Positions 26,963-39,199 of a stretch of 64,000 bases of DNA are shown in pieces; within the stretch, counting starts at the first letter, position 1; each line of letters begins with the position of its first letter. Source of the stretch: Antedon mediterranea (Eukaryota > Animalia > Echinodermata); the NCBI RefSeq assembly GCF_964355755.1, contig NC_092674.1:14198001-14262000 (forward strand), in the 5' to 3' direction. The notes beneath the pieces were generated by a model that saw only the letters and a list, made by a program, of their open reading frames with translations, did no database searches and was not told where the DNA came from. The translations under genes were made by a program, and so were the position numbers.

Positions 26963-28070
26963 ATAGAACAAGAGAGTCTTAACACTATTATCGGGTCCTG
27001 AGTTGTAGGTCCAACTTGTAAAGGAAATATAAAGTTGATTGAGAATGTTTCAATGTTTCGGAAGCTTTACTGTACTTGTTTATTTATAAACTGCGTCATC
27101 AGTTATTTTTTTTATATTGAACTTAACTGATTTTAAATCAATTGGAGCTCATCAGTTATATACATTATAATGATTTCAGATTTGACAAAATAATTAAAAC
27201 TGATTACATTAAATGTTTTATTATTTACATAAACAATGGTACGAAGACGTAAACTTATTGTGAACTTCTACATTTAAATTATATTATTAAGAGATTAATT
27301 AGACCTATTTCAAATAACAGTTCCGAATGATTGGATGTGTTGCTTATTTTCGAAATTGTCTTTTATTTCAAACTCACATAAACGTGCAATGAAATCTCCG
27401 TTATTAAACACATTATGTTTAAGCTTATTCAGTATTATTTAATAGTATTATTCAATTATTTATATATATGTGTTGTTCCTTTTTCTTCTTCTTCTTTTTA
27501 CTTGATTAGATAAAACATGTTAGTGAGAAAATGCCAATATTTTAGTTAACATTTATCATCTAATGATATTATTTTAAGTATACCCACAAATAGCACTTTT
27601 TATGTATACTTAAATAGGTTGTTATTTTCGCATATTTGTTGCTGTTAAAATAATAAATATTTCACTTCAAAAACTTTCCAAAAACAGTGGTACACAACAA
27701 TGACAACAAAAAAGATGTGAAAACAAACTCTATTTTACGTTCTTGTCACTATAAATATTTTGAAAGATTGAGTTGGAGGAAAAGGTGCGTGATGTGCAAA
27801 GGTAAAATAAAAAAAAGATATTTCAAAACCAGTGTTACACTGTAAAAATGATTTCGGAAAAGACACAAATAAAGCATTAATCAGCAATTATCACTGCCTA
27901 CTCATCAACCAAACTACTGCATCAAACGTGCCGCAAAGCAAATATTCAATTCACAGTCATTCATTTTTTATTTTTTTTAAATAATGTATGTATTATGAAA
28001 ACATTTCTTCTGGTTTCGATTCGTATAATGATATAAGTAGTTCTTTGATAGTAAACCAATAAAACTTACG

Positions 28071-28119
28071 TAGGCAAGACAGTTTCGTCTAGCTGTCAGC
28101 TTGACTTCTTCAGTTGCTA
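28071..28119 (-). ncRNA. Minimal type I hammerhead ribozyme at the Penelope 3' end
   Basis: UAGCAA-CUGAAGA-A(GUC AAGCUGACAGCUA GAC)-GAAAC-U-GUC-UUGCCUA: conserved core, stem II, stem I GCAA/UUGC and a vestigial stem III. Confidence 0.7.
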
Positions 28120-28780
28120 TGATGCGTTATGTCTCCGACTGGTCTCTCCAGTCGTCGTCAGAAGCTGATCGTAAATGTGAGATAGTTGGTGCGCACCTTC
28201 GTCTCTATTCGTCTTTGTATTTTTATTTTGCTTTCTTATGCTGATGCTTTCTTTAATTTTACGTTTAAGCCAAACTTGTTCTTTGTGTAGTACCTCTATC
28301 TTATCCCTGTTAGGTATGTGGTTGTGTGTGGTCATATGGTCCGTGATTGCTGATTTATGTAAAATGGAGGACGAAACTTTCCGTGATGCACGCGTCTGTA
28401 TGTTCTGTGTGTTTTCCTCAACATCTTTCTTGTGTTCTTTAATTCTGGTTTTGAGTGCCCTACCCGTTTCCCCAATATACACCATCTCACAGTTGGTGAA
28501 ACCCACTTTGTAGACAACACCACAGGAATCCTCTTTGCATGCTTTATCTTTCGGTCGGACGATTAAGTTTTTAATTTTGTTAGATGGTTTAAAGTATGTT
28601 CGTATGTTATATTTTTTTAATGTTCTCTTGATTTTCTCTGACAGGCCTTATGGGATGGACATCGACCCTCTTATGTCTTCTGTTTCGGGTTGTGTGTCCG
28701 TTTTTTGTTTATCTTAGTTACGTTGTACCTTTCTAATCGTCCATGTAGGGTAGTTACATTGTTTAAGTGAAGTATGTATC

Positions 28781-31650
28781 TAGTCCGGTGGCAGGAGGGG
28801 GGAATCACCACCCGAAAGGGGACAAATTGCCATCCAACTTTTCTAGACCAGAATTTTCCGTAGATTACGAATATGGAAGGTAATCGATCAGGACAGAAAG
28901 CGTTTTCAAGATATAAGGGGTCAAAGTTAAAAATTGACCAATTACAACAATGTATTATGTATATGTATTATAACAAATTTATTGAAGCACAATTTGGTCT
29001 TTTATTACATTTTTATGATTATAAGTGTCTATTCAATCACCTTATGAAAATAAAATCCTTCGTAATTAAGGGTCAAATGTCAATATTGACCAATCATAGA
29101 ATGTACCTATAAAACCAAATAAAAACTTATATTTATTAAAAATTGGATGTTTTCTCATCCTGTTAATCAATCATACTCAATGTAAAAGAGCGAATACATC
29201 ATTTCATCAGTTGACATAAGGTCAAAGGTCAACATTTTAATGCACGTATTAGTTAACAAATAAATGCAAAGTTGTCCAAACTATGATATTGATGGTTTTA
29301 CAAGTAATCAAATTATTTGATTAGTAAAGTTATGTTATTTCATTATAATTTTGATTAATATAATTATAATACTGTATTTAATCAAATTAGACTTTGATCA
29401 GGATAGGAAGCGAATAGGAAGAGATAAGGGGTCAAAGTTCAAAATTGACCAATTATAACAATGTATTATATACATATGTATTATAACAAATTTATTGAAG
29501 TTCAATTTGGTCTTTTAATACATTTGTATGGTTATAGGTATCTATTCAGTCGCCTTATAAAACAAATACTTTTCAATTAAAGGTCAAATGTCAATATTGA
29601 CAAATCACACAATTTGCATATAAATCCAACTATGAGATCGATGTTCATAAATGTAATCACGTTATTTGATCTGTGAAGTTATGGTATTTTTATATTTTTT
29701 CTAGTGCGCATTATTTTAAATGTATTAATATAATACTGTAAAATAAATAATAAAATTATTAATATTATTAATATTATGACGGTTAAAATGTTATGATGTT
29801 AAAATGTTACGCTGACCTTCAATGATTTGCCACTATACAGTTGCATTTATTAGGGCTACAATATTCGTTTTTGGAAAATAAACTACTATTCATCAGAACC
29901 AGAGAATACCAATTCGTACAGGATAGGGCATAGGCAGATCCAGGTGGCCAAACTCAATCCACAACTCACTACACAGCCAGACCACAATTTTTATATAGCC
30001 ACAGATAGTTTGGCCCATACAGGAAAGAGTTTTCCTGTACACAAAAGATTCTAAAATAACCCATATGGATTTGCCCGAATGAACCCTCTAAGGACCCTTT
30101 TGGGATCTCTATGTGGTGTGCTACATAAGGCCCTGTATTACAAATTAATATGGGGTAAATAGTTCATAGATGAACTATGGAAAATAAAACTAAAATGTTC
30201 ACCCTCAATCTTTAAATAACATTTATGGATTTGCCCAAAATCACCCCATACTGTATGTTGGGGTGAAAATGTGGGTTCATAGAGATATAATAAATATCCC
30301 TGTGCACCCTCGATCATCCATAAGGAACATTTTATGGATTTGCCCAAATTAACCCAAGGGCCGGTCGTTCTCCATGGATGGACATTAAGCCCCATAATGG
30401 AAATATAAGGGGTGACAATGTGGGTTTATATAGACAGGCACATGGAATAAAGCTGCCTGTGCACTCTCGATCCTTAAGGAACCGATTTGGATTTTGCCTA
30501 AAATGAAACAACAGCAGGTCATCTATTTAGACCATTCTCTACTGTATGTTCAGTTCTACATTTGGCCCCTGTATCGGATCCATGCATTTGGCTACATAAA
30601 TTACTGTGTTAGAAATATATCGGGTAACTAAAACTGTAGGTTCCAATATTAAGCCATGGGAAAAGCCTGTCTGTGCACCCTCAATCCTTTTAAAAGGAAC
30701 CCATATGGATTTGCCAAAATGAACCAAGGATAACTTCTGAATTCTTCATGAACCGTACATTCCGTTTATTGGAGATAATACATGGATACCTGATTGAAAT
30801 TGCTCAAATGTTTCTGAAAGACATTGTACTGTATAGTAGTAGTATTCCCCTTCCACACCTCTTTGTATTAAATCCGCCCGATAGGCTCTTATGTACAGGA
30901 TTTCAAAGCAATAATCACACTTGTATTTTTCAATCAGTATAATCTATTGGATTGAATAAAAATATCTATTATAAACAATTTGCCGTTAGAAATCTCTATG
31001 CCATGTCGTTATTTAGATGAGAAAAACAGGTCAACGGTTAAAATTACAGAAAAATAGTGTTTCAGTCACTTTTTGAAAAAAAATGTTGCATTATGGCAAG
31101 TATAAACATATATATTGTGAACAATTTGATACCAAAATTGACTCCTTACAACAAATATTTATTGATTTATGTTTTTATAACCTTATTCAATTATGTCAAA
31201 GGTTAATAACCACACTTCCGGTCATTTTCAAGCAATATCATCTGTTACACTGAATATAAATGTATATCTTGGGAACAATTTGCTCCTATTTTTAATTCTC
31301 TCCGACCTGCCGTTACTTAGATATAGCAAAAAGAGGTCAAAGGTCATAATTGCTAAAAATGGGGTTTTCGGTCAATTTTACAAAGAAAGTTCTGTTAGAG
31401 CTAATATAAACATATACATTGTGAAGAATTTGACATCAAAATTCTCTCACTAGGTCCAGAATTTCCAGAGATATAGCATGTTTTTATATTGATCAATTTT
31501 GAACTTTGACCCCTTATATCTCGAAAACGCTTCCTATCCTGATCGATTACCTTCCATATTCGTAATCTACGGAAAATTCTGGTCTAGAAAAGTTGGATGG
31601 CAATTTGTCCCCTTTCGGGTGGTGATATCCCCCCTCCTGCCACCGGACTA
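28781..31650. mobile_element. Academ-type non-autonomous DNA transposon
   Basis: About 160-bp TIRs starting TAGTCCGG (28781-28942, 31488-31650), 3-bp TSD ATC, no transposase. Confidence 0.85.
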
Positions 31651-33766
31651 ATCATCTTAGTTTTGTTCTGTTTGTCTGCATTATTTTTCTTCGCAAGTGA
31701 AATTAATGTCATCATCGATTTTGTTTAAGTGTTGTAATAATGGTTGTGTCGCATCCTTGGGAATTATTGTTATAATGCCATCTACATACCTTTTCCATAT
31801 CCTCGGTTTTATGTCGGTGTGAGCTGTAGTTATTGCCTCATTTTCCAGCCATTCCATAAATAAATTCGCAACAATCGGAGAACATGGACTACCCATGACC
31901 ATACCTGAATTTTGCTGGTAGATATCCCCTCTGAAGCTGAAATATGTGGTGGTGAGTACCAATTGAAGCAATTCCATAATGTCGTTGATATGTAACCACG
32001 TTCTCTCTGATAGTTGTTTATCACAGTGTAAGCGTTCTTCAATTATTTTGAGAGACTTGTTGACTGGTGTTTTGGTAAATAATGACACTACATCATAAGA
32101 GACCAATGTTTCATTTGGCTGTAACTATCAAAGAACTACTTATATCATTAATGTATGTATTGTTTTATATTATTGTAATATTCGATGTTTTTTTTTTACT
32201 ATTATAATGCCAATTATTATCCTATTGGAAATAAGGATTTAGTCGAAACCAGCCTAGTAATTTGAATTTGTACGCCTTGTATCATTCTCAGACCCCTTCT
32301 TTTACAACCATAGGGTCTAATAAAATTTCTAAGGTACTCTGACACTAGATTATCCGAATTATGAACATTCAAATGTCTTAAATTGAATTCTATAATATAA
32401 AGGAAGCCAATGAAGTTCGAAAGGAAGAGGTCCCGCTCTAACACTTAGTAACATCTCAAATATAACCTAGCGTTTTGTAATATTTTCAGTTTTTTACCAA
32501 AGATACCAACAAACTGCGTGTTACATTAGTCCAGTCTATAAAGGAACCAGTCGCATCAGCGCACGTCGTATATTACCTTAAACAGTTCTCATTCTGCATA
32601 GACCTCTTGCTCACCCTCTAGTAAGTATGGACGATGAATATTGTTTGAAAAAAACCTCGGTTACCATATAATTATTGCAGTGCTTGCTATTCGTTAAAAT
32701 AAACCTAATCTGTTTGTCAGTGTCTATTTTAGACTATATAAGATGAGGAAGATTTTAAGAACCATGCTTATTATTCGGGGCGGGGTGGGTATTAGGGGTT
32801 GAGGCTTTCATTCGCGGGAGACATTTGTTGGTAAAATTTCATAATAAATACATTTTGTTGTTTATGTCCTTTATTACTGAATGTTAATTTCATTGATATG
32901 TATTGCTTTTGCTATCTGAGTGTTAAGTAAATGTATTTGTATGGGGCAAACCTTTATCTAACGAAATCTTCTCCAATTTGCTTTTGCTATTGGTGAATAA
33001 AGGAAAACAATCATGAACACTAAACTTAAGGATGTTACCACTACTACTACTCATCCTTCCTTATTTTAGCTCTCGTAATATAAAATCTTCTTTGACTGTA
33101 CTTGAAAAAATCTACGTCAGGAAAAGACAATGTAAGTCGCTTTGTACAAAGGTGAACCTTTTTCATGATGTAACTGCTGCTGTCAGTATGCTGTTATTTA
33201 CGTACCTAATAGAGCAACACCTTCCCCGCGATTAAGTGTACATTTAATGAAGAAAGAACAATACTTAAAACTGTTACGTAAAAAAGGCGAGCGGCGTTTA
33301 TTGTAAGTAATATTTTAGATGAATTAATATTATCAACATGCACAAGTACCTTAAATTGATTTCTACAATGAAAAGGATTCCAATGAAAAAAATTGTGTCC
33401 TGCTCTAAAACATAGTTACACCTCAAATACAAGTTATTTGGTAAGATCTTGCTTGAAGGTATCCATTGCTTTAAAAGACAACGAAGTAAACTATCTTTGA
33501 TAAATGACTTCCCAAAGTCAATATTAACCTTGACAAGGCACCGGTGTTCCGAGCCATAATTATGTGAGAGGTACGACCGCCATGCAGTTATCGACAGTAC
33601 AGTCATCCTCGCTACAAATTACAGTATCTATAATATGACTCGCATTGTGGTTGGTTTATTTACCTATATTATTACCGCCACGCCCATTAAATTGTAAATA
33701 AAAAATTTTTTTTAAATCACACTGAATTATATAGCACCTGTTATTAATAATATTTGTAACACTTAC

Positions 33767-33865
33767 ATTGTTTGGAAGATCCACTTTAGCACCTGCCTTG
33801 AGCAAAATAGTGCAAACGTCTGTGTGGCCCTCTTGTGCAGCTCCATTTAAAGGCGACCATCCATC
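33767..33865 (-). CDS. Ankyrin-repeat exon DGWSPLNGAAQEGHTDVCTILLKAGAKVDLPNN
   Basis: 99 bp, TTTCAG / GTAAGT, phase 0/0. Confidence 0.9.
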
Positions 33866-34968
33866 CTGAAATAATAACACACATAATGTTATAGAAGTAG
33901 TAGTATAGTCTTCTACAAAAAGCTATTTAATATTGTATTGAAATCTTTTCGATGTGATCAAGTAAAACTAACTTAAAAACCAGGTGAGGGCAAACAAATT
34001 CTATTGATCTTGCATTCCAATATCTATAGTGTCAACTATGTTTCATAATGTTAGTGATTTTATTTGTGTTACACGAGCTTGTTGAAAATATGCACTTTAT
34101 TATCATGGGGATAGTTCAAATTACACAATTAAATCTCTATTCATTTGTACACAAATCTTGTAAATAGAGAGGCAATTTAAAAAAAACTAAAAATATACAG
34201 TGTGGTAACAAATTTTATCAGAGGACTAAATATAGTTAATACTTCATAGTTTTATTTTCATGCTGTAGCAAAAATTATCCACCGTATATCCACCATCTTT
34301 TTTCACCTTCTATGGAGTCACCGGACATGTAATTACACTAGGTTAAACTATACTTAACTACTGCAAAAAAGTCTTCCGGATTTTTATAGCAGAATTTTAC
34401 CAAATTTTGTATTTGACCATTTTAAGGGAAATCCATGTGTTTTCGTCTTGATATCTATTACAATTATTTGATTTATGTACAATTAACAAGATATTATATT
34501 TAAAATTCATGCCTGTACCTGAGCTTTAACTAAAATAAACATTATTAACCTTTGATGTTTTCTTTAAGATAATGTATTGTATATGCATGCATTTGTTTTG
34601 CTTGTATACTATTTTGTTATATTGTAGGGTACTTTTGTACGTAGCATTTATATATTGCTAATTTGGTAAGAAATTGTGGTCCTTAATATGAAAGATGGCA
34701 CTAGTTCTGCTGCCAGTTATTTTGCTACAATTATCAAAGAACCTATAGATACAGTGCACTGATTGGGTAATAGAATACTGTAGTTCAATACGAATAGTTT
34801 AATTTTACGACGGTTGAAAACTTCAACCTTGACATGACATAATAAACATTCTTTCTAACAGATTTCTTCTCGGGGTACGCGCAGCCGTCTTCTTTATATC
34901 TTTACTTAGATTGTATATTGTTTTCAATAAGCCGTGCGGAGGATTGAGGTAATGTCTCTTAGTATTAA

Positions 34969-35006
34969 CAGGGAAGAGTTAAATTACGTAACTTAACTCT
35001 TCCCTG
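34969..35006. mobile_element. 38-bp palindromic mini-element with 7-bp TSD
   Basis: CAGGGAAGAGTTAA...TTAACTCTTCCCTG flanked by GTATTAA twice. The paralogous empty site near 17258 has a single GTATTAA. Confidence 0.85.
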
Positions 35007-37719
35007 GTATTAAAGGCTAACACCGCGGCTTTAAAATGTATATTATGAATATAGATTGCTGAACCACCACTCATTCGTCCAAGACGGGAATCATTTATTA
35101 AGTTGTAATTTTCAAGATCTATTATATTCGGTTTATTGTCGTCAAACAAAGACATTGCAATTACTGTACATGTATGACTTAATGACGTTATTATTACAGT
35201 TGTAGACTATGTATAAATATTATAATGTACCGCGATGGGAAGCCGAATCGCAATAAAATTAATAATAATATTACAAGTAAAACTGAAAAACCACGAAATA
35301 TCATTTTCTAACATCCAGTGCCCTAAAGGCATATGTTAACAATGATTACGGAATATATTACGAGAGGTGATGGACCTTTTCTTTGAACGTCAAAATAGTG
35401 CATTGGATATGTTGGGTCTTGCAAAATTAAAAGTGTTTCCTCAGTAAAGTCTCTTATAAAAATGAATCAAATTGAGATCTGCTAAATTATAAGTACTGTA
35501 GTCCTATAGGCCTACGTGAAGCATAACTACAAATACGTTCCAGCTAATTCTTACATGTGGTCCGGGTAAACTATAAAACAATGAATAATGAGAATTCTTT
35601 CAAGGACAGATTTATACCAAAAAAAGACGTACATGCCTAATGGGAGGGATAACACCAAAATATTTAGATTTTTTACGCAAAGGTAAAGCCTATTTGATAT
35701 TAGGTTATTTTCCCTTTTTTCTGGGTTACTGTGGGTTGAAAATACTGTATGGGTTAAAAAGGTCGTAAGATGTTAGTTTATTAGTATAGAGTACTGCAAA
35801 CCATAATATTAGGTAACATTGTAATTGAGGGCGTTTTATTTCACATGACAAAGCATCTGAACTCCCCAAAAACGTACCGTATCATAATGTAGTATTATTT
35901 TAAACATTGACATGACATAATAAACACTGAACGTTCTTTCTAACGTAGTTTTTTTTTTCAGATTACTCGGATGCTGTATTATTATTTATTGTAATGCGCC
36001 GTGTTCTTTTAAATCTTTAAAACTATACAATTTCATTTTATCAATAATATTGTTTGTATATTATACGTATGATGTAGTTATTTTTGTTTGTCATTGAAGT
36101 AATGGTAAATGTATAATTTGTATAGTGTCCCATATCGTTTATGAACGCGTTATAATTTTGATTCTGTTCTGGTTCGCTATGTGTAAAAGTGAAGTTCAAA
36201 ATAATTAAAATGGTAGAATAAATCGTGATTATAATCATGAATATTGTCTCAATGTTAATATTCAAAGTAATCTTTGCTTTATTTTATATGTCATTTGACT
36301 AAAGCCTAAATAATATGAAAGCAATCTTTATAAAATATGAATATTTAAATAACTTTCTCTCTGGCCTTCCGATTTAAGTGAAGTATACATTATTTTATTA
36401 TGACCTACAGTAGTACCGTTCCACCGCTATTTTTATTGAAGATAATCATTTTCCTTTGTTAGTCAGTGCTACTAATCACTATCACCTAAAATCATCGATA
36501 GAGAACCATATGTAAACAACAAACGTATCAGAGGCCATTTGATCCGACGACGAGGAACCCAAGCCATTAACAGAGACAAAGGCGTCCACCAACTTACGTG
36601 AATGGCCCTTACGTTAGACAAAATTGGTCTCTAGATGATATATTTTTCATTTCTTCTAAAGGAGCTGTCTGAGCAGGACAGTGAAACTGCCAAGAAGGTT
36701 AGTTTCGCTAATTGGGGTTTTTTTCGAAAAGAATTAATAATTCACATGTCGTACCGTTACGTGAAATACAGAGTGTATATAATCTCCGCGAAGCCATGGG
36801 AATGATTTCATTGTAACATGTATATCTCACATCAAGTCGTCTTCTAATACTAATACCGGTACAAAAACCTGCCTATGGTTGTACATCATTGTAAATCGTC
36901 AACAGACACTGTGCTACAGACAGTGTACTGTGTGTTTAAAGTACAGCATTTATAGCAGACACCAACGTGTATAACTTGCTATAGTTTTACAGATAGCACA
37001 TATGGACAGTAGCAGAATCGGGTGCACCTTTATTAAAATAGCCTTTGTTACCCAGACGTGTAAAACTCGACTAAAGCTCGACTTCATTAAGTCAAACTGC
37101 AAACTTCTTCTATGAATCGAATTTGAAGTATTAGCTCGAACTAGTACTTTTTGAAGTCGAAGTTAACGACTAAATTTCGGTTTAAGAATAACGGTCGTAA
37201 ATGGCTATTTAAATTATATGGAGTAGGGAAATATTATAAAGAGCGTTACCTTCGCAATAACTAAGAAGTTTTTTTTTTTACAAAATTGCTTCAATCGAGT
37301 TAAATTTTTTACCGCACCTTTTGAATTGGATGAATGTTTGCATACCGTATGTTGTACCGCGATGGTAAGACTCGCATAAAAATTAATAATATTACAAATA
37401 ATAAATATTAATTTATAAAGATTAAACAAGTTATTACAAAATGTGACATCCATATTGTTACAAAACCTTGGTTAATCTGACTTTCCAATGTCAAGATTAA
37501 CCATGACGAGGCACCAGTGTTCCGAACCATGTGAGGGATACAACCGTGCAGTTCTCGACAATTTAGTCATCCTCGCCACAAAAAATGGTCTGTAATATGA
37601 CCCGCGATGATCTTGCTTCATTTAGGTATGTTATTATCGACACGCCCTTTAAATTGTAAAATTAAACACTTTTTTAAATCACACTGAATTATATAGCACA
37701 TATTATTATGTGTGTAACA

Positions 37720-37802
37720 CTGAAGATCCAATTTAGCACCTTCCTTGAGCAAACATCTGTGTGGCCGTTTTTTGCAGCCACATATAAAGGTGACGCTCCA
37801 TT
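37720..37802 (-). pseudogene. Broken ankyrin-repeat exon (NGASPLYVAAKNGHTDVC, then frameshift)
   Basis: Acceptor intact; 10-bp internal deletion between GCAAA repeats; 11-bp deletion removing the GT donor. Confidence 0.85.
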
Positions 37803-38010
37803 CTGAAATATTACAAACATTATGTTATAGTATTTTCTCTCTCTAAACAAAGTATTATAATATTGTCCTGGAATCAATACGATGTGATCATTTAAAAATG
37901 ACGTTTTTAAAAAGTCACCATGATTCGATCGGAGTAAGACGCTTACACAACGAGCTCCTGAAACGCACTACTTAGCATACTAATTTTCTCTAGGCCAATC
38001 ACGACAAGCC

Positions 38011-38703
38011 ATGTCACGATCTACACGAGCAAATACCAAGCCCGCTGAATTCGAAAGCGAAGACCAGCTATCGTTTGAATCGTTTGTTAAAAAAAAACTT
38101 GAATCGATTTTAAAAGGCCAAGAATCTAATAAAGCTGAGCTTTACGAAGCAATATCGTTTAATTCTGCTAGAATAGATGCCCTTGAAGATGAAAACAAGG
38201 AATTAAAAACGACTGTCACAGAGCTGACAACAACAGTTGCTAATTTACAAGGTAGTACAACTGACCTGTTGACAAAAATTAACAATACGGAACGCTTTTC
38301 TCGTCGTAATAACGTAAGAATTGTTGGTGTGGAAGAGAACACAAAAGAAAACTGTAAGTTAATCTTTGAGAACATTCTTTCCGATTTTTTCACACTCGAT
38401 CCCAGGCCAACAATCGAACGGGCCCACCGAGATGGTAAAAGTATGAACGGCAAGCCAAGGCATATCATTGCCCGTTTTCTCTCATACGCTTCTAAGATTG
38501 AAGTTATGAAACAACGAAGTTCTGCGCTAGATAGCCAGAAATTTTATATCATAGATGATCTTACTGCTGCCGATCTACTGGAAAAAAAGAAATGGAGATC
38601 ACAAGTAAAAGAGATGTACAATAAAGGTACCAAGCTTCGTTTTACGGCTGGAAAATGGCGAAATTCAACTGGCATTCCGGTAAACTTTTCGAAATTCCAT
38701 TGA
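38011..38703 (+). CDS. LINE ORF1 protein (coiled coil + L1 Transposase_22-like RRM/CTD)
   Basis: ERFSRRNNVRIVGVEE...IERAHR...PRHIIARF...IIDDLT. Confidence 0.85.
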   Translation: MSRSTRANTKPAEFESEDQLSFESFVKKKLESILKGQESNKAELYEAISFNSARIDALEDENKELKTTVTELTTTVANLQGSTTDLLTKINNTERFSRRNNVRIVGVEENTKENCKLIFENILSDFFTLDPRPTIERAHRDGKSMNGKPRHIIARFLSYASKIEVMKQRSSALDSQKFYIIDDLTAADLLEKKKWRSQVKEMYNKGTKLRFTAGKWRNSTGIPVNFSKFH

Positions 38704-39199
38704 AATAGTTCCGGTAAACTTTTCGAAATTCCATTGCCATACTAGTGATCGGAATGTTGTTGTAAACACTTGGACTGTCTAAGAAGCATTTCTTCTTTAC
38801 AAATTCAATCCATTATTAAATTTTACAACAGACTAAGAATCTTTTATCCATTATTTTCCTTACATCTGCATACTTTGCTTAATTTGTATAAGCCTCTTGA
38901 TTGATTTTACATAATAATTTTACAATAGCGTTTTCAGGAGTCTGTTCTCACATAATTGCATTGTCATAAGATGTTTAAACCACTTAAAACCATTTATTCA
39001 CCTTTGTTTTATTGTTACCCCCCAATTCTTAACTTGTTTCTTTATATTTACGTTCTTGTACTTTTCTGTTTTTACGTAACATTACCAGGCATCTTTTATT
39101 ACATACTATTGAATAAACTGATCACATTATGTATCGTTAGATATTCTCATGGACCCTTTTGACAATATAGATGCATTCCCATTTAATCACATTATTGAT

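Larger units (their letters stand above)
27995..32148 (-). mobile_element. Penelope-like retroelement (RT + GIY-YIG), 5'-truncated, internally deleted, interrupted by an Academ MITE
   Basis: RT fragment 31681-32106 (SYDVVSLFT, GMVMGSPCSP, RYVD) and GIY-YIG 28117-28530 (GVVY..VYIGETGR..RIKEH). 13-bp TSD TAATGTATGTATT (27982-27994, 32149-32161); empty paralogous site near 59200. Confidence 0.9.
27050..33900 (+). repeat. Segmental duplication paralogous to about 58480-62740, each copy ending in an ankyrin exon
   Basis: Collinear blocks: 27490-27980 = 58690-59200, 32280-32850 = 60950-61470, plus the exon and its flanks. Confidence 0.85.

Noticed and set aside
33718-33760. CACACTG next to the ankyrin exons as a V(D)J-like RSS heptamer
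   Set aside because: One mismatch to CACAGTG, no nonamer at 12 or 23 bp spacing, and one copy reads CATACTG.
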